A stretch of DNA of 63,742 nt, filler included, from Folioceros fuciformis (Eukaryota): NCBI GenBank assembly GCA_049999805.1. It is 9 parts of 9 records of this genome, joined end to end, with 100 filler letters (N's around TTAATTAATTAA, not from the genome) between each part and the next. Parts side by side here need not be neighbours in the genome. Positions count along the whole stretch, not along the records: positions 8,003 to 18,162 come from JBNGIO010005102.1; positions 18,263 to 28,656 come from JBNGIO010005103.1; 7 more parts are not named here. One strand, given 5' to 3'. Shown here piece by piece: positions 12,375 through 24,808 of this stretch; the first letter of the stretch is position 1; each line of letters begins with the position of its first letter. The notes beneath the pieces are model-generated. The model did no database searches, was not told the origin of the DNA, and saw only the letters and a program-made list of their open reading frames with translations. A program made the position numbers and the translations under genes.

Positions 12375-14986
12375 GTTTAAAATGTTTTCAACATTGGATT
12401 TGAGGGGTGGTTTTAATCATATTGAAATTGAAGAGGAAGATAAGAAGAAGACTACTTTTGGGGTAATAGATGTTTGTGGGAAATGGGTGGTTATCCCAAT
12501 TGGATTGAAGAATGCTCCTAGGGCTTTTCAGAGAGCGATGGATCAAGCATTGAGAGGTTTGTCATTTACTAGATGTTATATAGATGATGTAATAATGTTT
12601 AGTAGCAGTGTGGAAGAACGTAAGGAGCATGTTAGGCGAGTGTTGGATAGACTGAAGGAGGTTGGTTTGACATGTCATCCACAAAAGTGCAGGTTTGGAT
12701 CCTCCAAGATAGCATATTTGGGACATTTTATAGTGCCTAGGGGTACGGCACCGTCTGATATCAAGGTTGAGGCGATAGCAAAAATGATGCCACCTTCAGA
12801 TGTGGGAACTTTGCGCTCCTTTTTAGGATTAGTAAATTATTATCGCAATTTTGTGGCAAACCATAGTGTGGTGGTGAAACCAATGACATTGTTGTTAAAG
12901 AAAGATGCAGTGTGGATTTGGGGAGAAGATCAGCAAAGAGCATTTAAGGAGATAAAGGACATTTTGATGAGCAAGCCTTTATTGACAAGACCCAATTTTG
13001 ACAGGAAGTTTAAGTTATATACAGATTAGAGTAAACTTGGTTTGGGAGCAGTGCTGGCGCAGAAGGATGAGAGTGAGGTGGAGCATGTGGTAGCGTATGC
13101 AAGCAGGAGTAACAATTCTACAAAGAGTAATTATTCCTCATATCATGGGGAATGTTTGGCGGCGGTATGGGCAGTATCACATTTTAGGCCTTATTTGTAA
13201 GGAGCTCAATTTGAGTTGGTGACGGATCATCAGCCTTTGAAGTGGTTGATGAAGAGTGAAAAGTTGACAGGAAAGTTAGCAAGGTGGGCACTTATTTTGC
13301 AGGAGTATAATTTTCTATTGAGCACAGGGCGGGGGTGAAACATGCAAATGCAAATGTATTGTCAAGGAATCCATTAGGAAGTTCAGAGGATTCAACAATT
13401 GCCAAGCAGGATTTTAATAAGAATATTAGGGTTGACTATAATCTGGTGGTGTCCAGATGGACACCGAGTGCATACTTGGTGAATTTGGTGGAGTTGGGAG
13501 TTCCTTCAGTGTCAGTAGATGTGTGGGAAGATAAGAATACATTGGAGAAGGTGATGACGGGTGGCAATCGGGAGGCGTTAGCGGTGAAGGAGAATGATAG
13601 GGTGACAAAGTGAAGTAAGAGATATGTATGGGTTGACAATAAGTTATTGTTTAAGGATGACATGAAGGTGGTACCAAGACTTGAAGAAAGAATGAATTTG
13701 GCAAAAAGATTCATGTAGAGTTAGGGCATTTTGGTACAAAAAGAACATTGAGTTTACTCATGAACAATTATTATTGGAAAGGAATGACGGATGTAGTTGA
13801 GAAGGTGGTGTCTACTTGTGAGGTTTGTGATAGGGTGAAGGCAAGTTTTCCAGGAAAAACTTCTCAGCTTCATCCGCTGCCTATTAGGGGGATGTTTTAT
13901 AGGTGGAGTTTGGATTTGGCTAGAGAGTTACTAGTTACGCGTAGAGGTTTTAAATATGTGTTGGTGATGATAGAACATTTTTCTAAGTGGATCGTTCTGG
14001 TGCCTTTGAGGGAGAAGAAGTCGCATGACATTAAGGAAGCATTTCTTAATCATGTGTAGAGTGTTTTTGGGGCTTGTGCAGAAGTTCCGATAAATCAAGG
14101 CATTGAATTTATGGGAGAATTTGATGAATTTTTAAATGAGTATCTTCTTGATCATAGGGTAACTTCAAAAAATCACCCGGAGGCTGATGGTTTAGCAGAA
14201 AGAATGGTACAGACATGTAAGAGTGCTTTGAGGAAATATTGTCTAGTAATGGACAAGAGTGAGTGGGATAGGATGTTACCTTTTCTTGCGATGGGTTTTT
14301 TGGATGAGTAGGCAAGCATCGCTGGGAAAGTTTTCACCGTACATGTTGTTGTTTGGGCGTAGACCATAGTTATCTGGATGTTAGAAGACAAGGTGAATGC
14401 TATGGTGGATTTGGACGATCTTAATAAGTGGTTAAAGATAGTCACGCATATAAGTGGTTAAAGATAGTCACGCATAGAGCGGAGTTGTTTAGAAGGATAA
14501 TGCCTATGGCAATGGATAATATGTTAATAGCTCAACATAGGGATGAGCTAAGATACATGAAAACAAGGAGTGGATATTTCAGGCCCAAGGTGAAAAAGTT
14601 TGAAGTTGGAGATTACGTATATTTGTAGAGGAAGACGATGACAACAATTGATGCAAGTGCGAGTAAAATACTATTAAGGGTGAGAAGTGTGAAGTTGAAT
14701 GGAATCTTGGAGATGGAGGGAAAGGATGGTACAACTCGTTTGGAACACATAAAAAATTGTGCACCATGTCATTTACCTCACTTGAATCCGATAATTGGTG
14801 TGCAAGCTTTTGTGGCGAGGAAGGGATTTGCTTGTACAGGTTGTGGAGATTGGAGATTATCATTGCATGTTGTTGTGTGATAGGTGCAATGATGGGTGGC
14901 ATACTTTTTGTTTGGAGCCTCCACTAGAAGTAGTGCCAGATGGGCAGTGGTTTTGTCCAATGTGTGTAGCGGTTGATACATTGTGA
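12375..14986 (+). pseudogene. pol: Non-chromoviral Ty3/gypsy pol fragment (RT-RH-INT) ending in a PHD finger
   Basis: FSTLDLRGGF, GLKNAPRAFQR, CYIDDV; RH LYTD*SKLGLG and TDHQPLKWL; INT YYWKGM...CEVC, HPEADGLAER; C-terminal CTGC...[12 protein letters not shown]...WFCPMC. Confidence 0.9.
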
Positions 14987-15075
14987 AGGGCAGTATGTTC
15001 AGCGTGTATTTATGTTGATGAAAAGTTTGTTAATCTGGCTTACCAACGAAAGATGGTCAGCAGATTAAGGGGGGG

Positions 15076-15677
15076 AGTGAAGGTGTCAGAGCGAGGGAGA
15101 AGGAGTAGAGGATAGCTATTCCTTTCGTTGATCTCATATGTAACAAACCACCAAAGAGTGGCAGGATGACCAATAGCCTTGGTATGCACGACGGAGAGGA
15201 AGCATCCAAGGGGAGGCATCCAAGTGCATTGTTGACAAGAATATACGCGTATATCATATAGGGGCTGGCCACCCCATATACACATGAATGCATACTATAT
15301 ATATAATATATATATGAGTGTTCAGAGATATCTGGGGTTAAGTTCACATGTTGAGGAGCAAGACCTCTTGAAGCACGACAGCTATCATGACTTAGAGAGT
15401 CTATTAGAGTTTTGCATTTGTGAGAACTTTCTGTGCAGGTTGCAACTGCAAAAGCTATTTGCTTGGGACAAATACACTGGCAAAAAGGGGTAATCCCTTA
15501 AGTTTTGACTAAAGAGACAGTTGGCAAGCAAAAGTTCTCGTGGAGGAACTGTTTAAGAGTAAGTGAAGGTGTCGCAGCGAGGGAGAAGGAGTAGAGGATA
15601 GCTATTCTTTCGTTGATCTCGTGTGTAACAAACCACCAAAGAGTGGCAAGATTACCAGTAGCCTTGGTATACACGAC
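15076..15677 (+). repeat. Imperfect ~117-bp direct repeat (15076-15192 / 15562-15677), probably LTR pieces of the PHD gypsy; 15384-15560 also resembles the sequence starting at 39496
   Basis: AGTGAAGGTGTC...GAGAAGGAGTAGAGGATAGCTATT occurs twice. TCATGACTTAGA(G/A)AGTCT(A/G)TTAGAGTTTTGCAT is shared with the 39496 region. First block ends TTGTTGACA near 15237. Confidence 0.65.
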
Positions 15678-16494
15678 TGAGAGTTCAAGTTGGATCAAGC
15701 CAGGCCAGTATCCACTCCCTACGCTCTGGGCACTAAGCTCACAGCTGATCAGTGCCCACAGATTGAGGAGGAAGCCAAAGAGATGCAAGGGATTCCCTAT
15801 CGTCACGTTGTAGGTAGCCTCCTCTTCGTCAATGGTTGGACAAGGCCTGACATCCAATATTACGTCTCCACGATATCCCAATTCTTGGATTCGCGTAGCA
15901 AGGCGCACTGGGCCACCATCAAGAGGGTGTTTCGCTACTCGAAGGGAACCCTAACATATGGGCTTGTATACTTAAGCGGAAGAATAGGCAAGCTCTCACT
16001 CACTGGCTATACGAATGCCGACAGGGCATCTGATCCAGACTCAAGGAAAAGTTTGAGCGCACATTGCTCCCTCTTATCCGCAGCCACAGTGAACTGCAGT
16101 TGCAAGAAGCAGACCTCCATAGCACTCTCTTCCACGGAGGCCGAATATAATTTTCTTACAGACGCCTCCAAAGAAGCTGAATGGAAAAAGGGCTTTTCTA
16201 TCCGATATAGGCTAGAAGCAAGATGAGCCCACACCCCTTCACTGCGACAACATGTCAGGCTTGGCATTGATATCCAACCCCAAATTTCACGCCAGGACAA
16301 AACATATAGAGATTCAGCATCACTACATCTGTGATGTAGTGGAGCGCAAGGTGGTACAAGCTGGCTATGTGCCTACAGAAGAAAACCTAGCAGACCTTTT
16401 GACGAAGGGCCTGCCCAAGTCGAGACATTACCAGCACATGCAGAGAATGGGACTTGTGGATTACTCACCCTACCTCTCTACCCACCAAGTATAA
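15678..16494 (+). pseudogene. Ty1/copia RT C-terminus/RNase H fragment, followed by PPT (16570-16578) and LTR start TGTTAAG at 16579
   Basis: PYRHVVGSLLF...TRPDI, IALSSTEAEY, FHARTKHIEIQHHYI, ENLADLLTKGL. Confidence 0.9.
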
Positions 16495-16859
16495 GGCAGG
16501 ACTCACCCCGATAGAGGGAGCATGACTGCTACTTAGCTCTTGACTATTGAGTTAGGTTATGTCTCATTTAAGAGGGAGTGTTAAGAATAGGGTTCAATTA
16601 AGTAACCCATAACCCTAGTCATCGATCAGTCAAGTTAGGTTAATCTCAGAGTTACCTTGAACAATCACACCCCTAGCGAAGTGGTGCGACTAGTACCTAC
16701 ATAAGAAACACTCATCTTGTATTTCTGATTATTATGCTAAATAAAGAAATGTAGTTTAAGTGCACAATGTTCCCCTACTTTCTACTAATAGGAAATTATT
16801 AAGCCAGCCCTAACTTTCTTGCAACCTCAGCCGATCTCACCCCTTCTACTGGCGTTGTT

Positions 16860-17800
16860 TCCTTGAGTTCAATCGAAGGGGTGCTCGGTTGCCTGTCGCA
16901 TATTTTCCGGGCAGAATTCTACAGCGCCAAATCTCCTACCGCTCTGGTGGTGTGCCCACTGACCTTCCTCTTCTTTGCGGGGGTCTTCCGCCCACTACCT
17001 GCCTTCCTCTTCCTGCTAACAACCGTCTCCTCCTCTAAACTTCTTGTGGCCCCAAACTCCCAGCTGCTGGACTCGGCCTCCTCCTTAGGCTCCTCCGCCT
17101 TCCACTTGACCTCCTGAGCTGGTTTCCACATATGCAGGGAGGCAACGACCTCTATCTCTGGTAGACTATTAGTATAGCAATACAAATGGACCAGGAAGGG
17201 TGAGATCAAAGACGGGCGGGGAGTGGGGGAAGTCAGATTCTGCCTCTCCTTATTCAGTCTATCGTAAATAATCTTCCCCTAGTCAATCCTACTTCCCTTG
17301 ACCACTTCGTGCAGGAATAGTAGCATGTGGTCCGGCAGGTAGTCTTGCTTCCTGTTCTGCAAAAAACACAAGAGCCACCTGGCCAATCCCATGAGCTTGG
17401 TAGTCGCATCTCTCGCGCTAGCCAGCCATTGGCCTCCCTTCTGATTCTAGCCTTAAACAGTGCCGCTGCCGTCGCCGTGGTGCTGCGCTTCCTTAGGGAC
17501 TCGATCACCAGTCCCCCAGCTTCCTCCCATACACCGTCCTGACCAGCTCGACGTCCCAATCTTGGTCCCTTCCCCTCTTGTCCTATTCCGCAGCCGATGC
17601 GCGCACTCCTGCACCAACGTAGGAGTCACGTGGTTCCATCTCTGGGCCATGGACCCGAGGCCTAGCTCCTCTACCAGCCCTCCGGCTCTGGCCTTCCAAT
17701 GGTCCATATTTGGCCAGAAGGCTACCTCCACCTTAGGCATCAGCTCCTGCGCTGTATCCCTGGACGTCTTCGCCTGCGCCAACTCCGTGGTCGTCCCCTC
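16860..17800 (-). pseudogene. Divergent degenerate copy of an uncharacterised repeated ORF family (see 35040 and 60260)
   Basis: WPNMDHWKARAG, QRWNHVTPTLVQECA, EANGWLAREM, ISPFLVHLYCY, ASLHMWKP match the other copies. Confidence 0.8.
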
Positions 17801-18262
17801 TGTTGAGATGTCACCCCCGCCATGCTCAAAGGAGGTTAAAACAAGTTAGTTGAAGCAAGATGCAGAATCCCAAAACTAAGAGCACTATAACAAGGCTCTT
17901 AAACTAAAATAAAAAGGAGAATTACAAAAACAACACAATACAAGTGAAGAGGGAGTTAGACTGCCTATACTAAGTGGGTTCATCCCTCCTTTTATGGACC
18001 TATGGGTGGCACTCTCATTTTGTGCCCAATATGGGATAAATGACCCCAACCAAACCCTACAATACTTCTTTTGCCCAACATAGCAAAGTCTAATAAGCTA
18101 TATATATATATATTAATCATAACCTTAATCACTCTTACCACTAATTAGTACAAACTCAATAANNNNNNNNNNNNNNNNNNNNNNNNNNNNNNNNNNNNNN
18201 NNNNNNTTAATTAATTAANNNNNNNNNNNNNNNNNNNNNNNNNNNNNNNNNNNNNNNNNNNN

Positions 18263-20363
18263 GGAGGTGCGAACGGAGAAGAAGAAGAAGGAGAAGCAGG
18301 ATTTGCGGCGTTCGCCTGCTTGCGGGAAGTCCTTGCTCAGGTACCTCCCGCACACTATGTACAACTTCACCATGAAGCCGCACCACCGGGCTCCCGACGG
18401 ATCCGTCAGGCTGGTGAGAGTGGGCGTCGGGAAATGGTACACCGCTGCCTTTCATGTGGCCACCACCATCGCCACTCCTGCCGCCTTCGCTCCCCTGCCC
18501 TTCGCCGTCGCCGCCTTGAGCTGGTCCGGAGGTTGTCCTGGTTCCTTCCTTCCACTCCACGTCCGTTCGTCTCTTGGGGTGTTGTGGGGGGCGCTGGTTT
18601 CTTCCCGCGTGCGAGATTTTTTGGCGGTTCAATCCGATTCTGTTGGCTCCGAAATGTGGTAGAATTGGCATGTGAAGGAGAGCTGAATTCGATGCGCATA
18701 TGTGCAGGGGCCGTGGCGCTAGTGGTCAGCACCCTGCTGGCCTGGTACTGCAGCATTCTGGTGGCCTCCTTGTGGGAGTTTGACGGCAGGCAGTACATTT
18801 CCTACAGGGAGCTCATGCATGCCATCTTTGGTGAGATAAGATTCGGGTACTGTCTTTCAAAGTTGTTTGTCGAGGATCAAGTGCTGCCAGCGTGCTGATT
18901 GTGCGTCAGGCTGTTGAAATCACGTGGACAGGGAGGTGGGGTTTCCGGCTTACTGTCTTCTTCCAGCAGGTTGCTTCCATAGGGAACAACATCGCCATCC
19001 AAATCGCGGCCGGCATCAGCATGAAGGTTTGGTACAGTGCCACGAGTTTGTGCAGGCTGGACTGAGTTCGAGTCTGGTAGCCAAGACGATGGTAGGCTGT
19101 ACGAGTTCATGAATTTCTGCGATCATGGCAGGCTGTCTACACGGTTTCCCACAAGGACCACAACTTCAACCTCCAGGAGTTTATCGTTCTCTTCGGAATG
19201 GCGCAGCTGGTGCTGTCTCAGCTCCCTGATATTTATTCTCTTCGTTTTGTCAACCTCGTCTGCATGTGCTGCACGGTGGGGTTTGCAGCCATTAGCACGG
19301 CCATGTCCATCCACAACGGTTAGTCCACATCCATGGTTCTTTGCTCGAAGGATAGTCCAGAATCTTTGCTAATCTTGCCCCCAAAACTGTTTCATCCTCT
19401 GTGTCCTACGTTTCAGGAAAGATGATGGATCGATCAAGTGTCGACTACGACTTGCACGGCTCAACGCCCGCCAAGGTGTTTGGCGTGTTCAGTGCTCTGG
19501 GAACAGTCGCCTTCTCCTTTGGCGATGCTATGCTGCCAGAAATACAGGTGACGTGGCTTGCCGTCTTCTTCTCCGTCTTGTAACTCTCCGTCACATGCAT
19601 TCACACAGTATGATAAGGGCCGGAAACCTGCTACTGCATTCCTCCAGGCGACTATCCAAGAGCCGACGAGGAGAAACATGTACAAGGGTGTGTCTGTTGC
19701 CTATACTATTATAGTCATCTCTTACTGGTCGGTGGCCTTCGCTGGCTACTGGGCCTTTGGATCAGGTGTTCAACCCTATCTCCTAAGCTCCCTTTCGACT
19801 CCAACATGGCCCATCGTCATGGCCAACATTTTCGCAGTGTTGCAGATGATTGGCTGCTATCAGGTAACCCGATGGAATGAGATCAGGCATTTCTTATTTG
19901 GTGGAAGCGAACATCCTGACACTCTGCTGGCATCCTCTGGCACGCATGAGATAGAAGATCCACTCAGGTGATTGCATCTTTGCAGATTTATTGCCGCCCA
20001 ACCTATGAGTACTTCCTCATCAAGCTCATGGACCCTGACCAAGGCCCCTACAGTGCACGGAATGGGTTGGGTCGATTATTTGTCACTGCTACCTACATTA
20101 CCTTGGTGACTCTGGTGTCTGCTGCGGCGCCTTTCTTCGGTGACTTCGTGTCCCTGTGTGGAGCTCTAGGGTTCACACCTTTGGACTTCGTGCTGCCTGC
20201 CTTGGCCTTCCTTTTTGTGAAACGGCCCAAAAATATCTTCTTCGTCACGTTCAACCTCGGAATTGCGGTTGCTTTCTCAGCTGTAGCCCTTCTTGGATCT
20301 GTCGGGGCAGTGAGATTTATAGCCACAGATGTTAAAACTTACAAATTCTTCAAAGATCTTTGA
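18263..20363 (+). CDS. Amino-acid transporter (Aa_trans family, GABA transporter/ProT-like), 5' end missing. Exons <18263-18531, 18708-18830, 18932-19026, 19132-19318, 19417-19547, 19648-19863, 19986-20363
   Basis: Six GT-AG introns join in phase. Motifs AAFHVATTIATPAAFAPLPFA, FFQQVASIGNNIAIQIAAG, LSQLPDI.SLR, AFSFGDAMLPEIQAT, YWAFG, IYCRPTYE, PFFGDFVSLCGALGFTPLDFVLP. Confidence 0.93.
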
Positions 20364-21294
20364 AGTACACCTGGGTACAACGCGGTGCATCTTTCCATAT
20401 CTCATCCATCCAAACTGCAGAAAGTCGGACTAGAAATTAGGTTTCATGTCTACTATGTCTATTGACCAGTAGTGCTCAACACAGCAGCCTCCTCGGTGGC
20501 CAATCGACCTCATGTACAATACCCTGGCTTCGACAAAACGTTTTTTCACACGCTGTGAAACTAAAATTTGATCATGTCGTCTACACTTGAAGCAACGTTT
20601 AGGAATGGAAACGACCAGGTGAAAGAGATCTGGCTGCATGTTTTCAGCTACAATGGATAGAGCAATGGCGACGTCCTCAGTTTTTGTGGTCGACGCTGAC
20701 TTATTTCTATGGCATGGTTGAATCAACATCTGACATCTGCGCTCTCTGGACAGAAGCAGACCCTGTCTTAATTGATGGGCATAAAACCCGAACTACCCCG
20801 AGAACATGCTTCCTGACAGCGGCGACAGCACAAAGGAGAGAAAGGGTGCCTGACGATGAGTCTGGCGTGGTCACCATGTTTTGCTGCCACCAACATCCCA
20901 AAAGAAACCCTTCATGAGAACACTTGGGACCAACTCTAAAGCCTTCACGCTGTGGAGAAAACAGTGCTACTCAAAGCGTTGCCAAAGCCACTCTGCACAC
21001 TCCATCATCGCGTCCACCTGATGGACATTACCTTACCTGCAAGCTCTTGTATGCTGCCATGCTTGGCTTCATAATCTTACGTGGTTGCCTTATCAATGTC
21101 AATTACTTCCCTTGTTATCTTCGTATACTTAGTCCTTCCTGCTTCTTCATGTTTCAGATAAGATTTGAAACCTTTCTTTTCTTCCACTTAACTATGCAAC
21201 CATGATTGAACGTCATATTTAGTACGCTATCTGCTCACAGAAAAGTAGTGAGATACATGTATGAAAGTGGTGAGAGAGTAGCATGGTAGTGTGT

Positions 21295-21360
21295 ATGACA
21301 CATAGAGAGAGACTGTCGCTTTAGACTATCGCAAAGCGATAGTCTCTCTCTATGTGCCAT
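21295..21360. repeat. Near-perfect inverted repeat (28-bp arms, 2 mismatches, 10-nt spacer)
   Basis: ATGACACATAGAGAGAGACTGTCGCTTT / AAAGCGATAGTCTCTCTCTATGTGCCAT. Confidence 0.9.
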
Positions 21361-21869
21361 CAGGGACATCCATTTTCATTTCTCGTTTGTGAAGAAGAAG
21401 CGACAACCTTCTCTGTGATATGATTATAACAGGGTCATATAAACATAAGAAAGGCTTTATAACAAAAGAGCAAGAGTACAAAGACAATAACAACAAGAGG
21501 CTCAACAACAAGATTATCCAATAGCCTCATTGGAGATCCTTTACATACCCTAGGGTGACCACTATACTATATTCTAGACCATAGACCTTTGGGACTTGCC
21601 AAAAGCCCTAGAATACTAGTAACCAATATAATTCTCTCCCCTTAAACTAAGGAGCCTTAAACTAAGAAGGAGAGCGCTCTAAGTGGCAGTGAAAACCTCA
21701 CATCATTACATCGGATTGCAGCAGGTGCGTAGGAGAGGAGGTGGTGTCACCCTTCCTTTGCAGTTGGTCCCTGCAGGAGAAGACTTGTTGTCGCTTGACA
21801 ATGTGTGGATTTGCATGCAGGATGAAGGCCTTCGCAACATCAATGCTGGTCGGGGTCGGGGTAGGGCGG

Positions 21870-23006
21870 ATGGTGGCTGTGGATTGCAGGGTTGGCGGGG
21901 CCTGGGATGGTCCGCGTGCAGGACCAGGCCTTGGCTTGTGGATACGCGTCACGCTCATGCTGACATGCAGTTTGCTGTTGGCAGTGTGCCGCTTTGGAAG
22001 CCATGCCGGTGCCGAGCTCTCCCTCGATGGACAGATCCTGTTGAAATATACGATCCATAACCCGGATGACACGACTCTGGGGAACTGCGATTCCACCTTC
22101 GCAAGCTGGAACGCTAGCGACGATACGCCGCGTGGTTGGATTCGGGTGTTTTGCAATGACGATTCTGCTGTGCGCAGGGTCGATTTTTCCGGTTGCTCTC
22201 CTGGCCTTTCTACTGATAATATGGTGCACCATTTGAGTGGTATACGAAGCCTCCAGGAGTTGAACTTGTCCTCCAACCCGCGACTGTGGAATATCGAGTT
22301 CGGTGATTTTGCCAATTTCACTGAGTTGACGTGGCTGGATGTTTCCGGAAATTGGTGCTTGGACTACCCCGTTTTCAGCGGGGTATCAAAGCTTCGCTAC
22401 CTATATACGGACGGAGGGTGTGGAACTGTGGTTTGTCCCAAGACAATCATCCCGAGCTGGAATTGGCCGCGGGACCTGGTGGAATTGTCTCTTTCGGACA
22501 GTTATCTGACAGGGCGCTTCCCACAGGAATTCACCAAACTCACCAAACTAGTGAGCCTGGATGTGTCTCACAACTTCTTCAACGGCAGCATCCCCAATTT
22601 GAAAGGGCTTACGTGCCTTAGCCGCCTCTCTCTTACCCGCAACAACTTTGGCGGGGAGGTGCCCGCTGCCCCGACTCTGCGATCCCTGGATGCCGCCCTC
22701 AACAATTTCACAACCTTCCCCCAAGACTTCTTCCAGATGCAGCCTGCTCTACGGTTGGTGAACCTTTCCCGGAACCAACTTGGAGGACAAATACCGGATT
22801 TCGTGGGCCTCAACGTTTACAGACTTGAAACGCTGGACTCGTCAGGGAACCATCTGCACGGCCGTATCCCGTCCTCCTTGTCGACCACCTTTTTCCTGGA
22901 CCTGTCCCACAACAACTTGTCTGGCCCCATCCCTCCGAACATTCAGGTTGGCGACACGGGATGGATCATTCTGTCTGGAAATCAGCTAAATAGCAACCAT
23001 TCCTGA
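21870..23006 (+). pseudogene. LRR receptor-like kinase/protein ectodomain, truncated near 22990 by a copia fragment
   Basis: Hydrophobic signal-like segment, LRRNT-like FASWNASDDTP..W..V.C, and repeated plant LRRs (LxxLDVSHNFFNGSIP, LDLSHNNLSGPIP). No TM or kinase domain follows. Start codon uncertain. Confidence 0.8.
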
Positions 23007-24800
23007 CTCTTTGCTATATATTCATGATCCATGCAATATGATTTATGCGAATCTCTCCGGAAATTCTCTGGCGGGTAGTATACCCTCTTAACAAGTATAC
23101 GGCCAATCTACACCCTGTACTTGCGTAAAGTCTCGTGCCACGAGACGTGACTTGTAGCGTGCTATATCTCCGGCTGCACTAAGTTTGGTCTTAAAACCCA
23201 CTTACAACTAATTCTTTTTCTACCTGCTGGCAATGGACATAATTCCTATGTATTATTTTTTAGGAGCGATTGATACTCATCTTCTATGGAAGGTATCCAG
23301 TGTGGTTTATCCTTGCCATTAACAGCTTCTAAATAAGACATACGTTCTGGCCCATGAATTGTACTAATAGAAAAACTAGTAGGTTGTAGGTTGGGAGGTA
23401 GTAAAGGGTCCTGAACTAAAAGATCATCTAAAACATGAGTACGTGTTCGAGGAAGTGGTGGTTCAGGTGACCATCTATTCGGGGGTCTACACTCATGGGT
23501 AGGATACCTACGTTCTTGTAAAGTTGGGGGGTCAGGTGCAATGAAAGCGGGCATAGGAAGAGGATCTGCTATTGGCTGGTCAAAAACATCATCGTGATCT
23601 GACTGATCTGGGTTCATCGACAACAACGGGAAGTGGAACAACTAGTTCAACTTCTATGTCTGCTTCCACATCAACAAATCCAAAAGTATCCTCATCAACA
23701 TCGGGAGCTTGAATATAATCAATATCTTGATCATGCCCATCACCCCCTACAGGTCCAAATGCTGGATAATTAGTATCCTGAGGATAAAAGGCCTGAGTAC
23801 CCTCGGAGTCAGCAAAACCAAGGGAGTCGAATCCATCTGAAGCTGGACTTGAAGCATGAGGAAAAAGTTCCAAAGCAGGGCTTGACAACTCCTTAAAAGT
23901 GACGCTACAAGCAAATATTTAAGTGTTGGAAACAGGGTCATATAGCTTGTACGCCTTAGCCTCCTCGCCATAGCCGAAAAAAATAAGAGGACGGGCTCTG
24001 TCTTGCAATTTCTTTCGTTTTTCAGCTGGAATGAAAGCAAAAGCGAGGGCCAAATACCCGTAGGTGAAGGATGCTGGGTTTCTTACGCCAAATCACCTCA
24101 AAGGGTGTCTTCCCTTCAACTGCACTGGTGAGTACCCGGTTCAAAACGTAGGTGGCAGTCACCACACACTCTGCCCAATAAGCCTTGTCAAGCCCAGACC
24201 AACCTAGTATACTCCTTGTCATGCCGAGCAGGGTCTGATTCCGACACTCAGGAACTCCGTTTTGCTGTTGGGTGTAGGGCACTATGAGCTGTCGAAGAAT
24301 CCTTTGAGTCTCCAGAAAATGGTTGAATTCAGCATTCACAAATTCGGAGCCATTGTCTATGTGCAGGCAGCGTAGCAGCAGTCCAGTCTGTCTCTGAATC
24401 ATAGGTAGCCACTCTTTAAATGCAACAAAGGTGTCAGATTTATGCTTGAGCGGATATGTCCAAGAATAACGACTATGGTCATCCGTGAGTGTCAAATAAT
24501 ACTTGGCGCCTCCAAGTGAGGGAACATGAATTTTCCTAGAGATATCGGCGTGCACAAGATCAAGAGGTGCAGAGACACGGTGTGCTACTTGCTCGGGAAA
24601 GGTGATTCTTTCTGTTTTGCTATGATGCAGGACTCACAGAGAGGGAGGTCGTTGAAACACTTGGGGAGAGGTTTCTGTAACAGTCGGTGTTTGCCATCTT
24701 CACAAGCTTCTGTTTGTTCACATGTCCCAACCTAGCGTGCCATAACTATGCCTGAAGCCCCATGATGAGCAGTGGCAGCAATATGCGTCCTATGGAGGGA
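22990..24800 (-). mobile_element. Degenerate Ty1/copia pol fragment (GAG-pre-integrase, integrase, start of RT)
   Basis: HADI...SLGGAKYYLTLTDDHSRYSW, LHIDNGSEF, QQNGVPE, EDEYQSLLKNNT. Confidence 0.88.
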
Positions 24801-24808
24801 GAGCATTG

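Noticed and set aside
14424-14475. 26-bp tandem duplication in the gypsy integrase
   Set aside because: Ordinary slippage mutation in a dead element.
21410-21740. Possible minus-strand LTR-element remnant upstream of the LRR gene
   Set aside because: Only a PPT-like tract and AT-rich LTR-like composition; boundaries cannot be defined.
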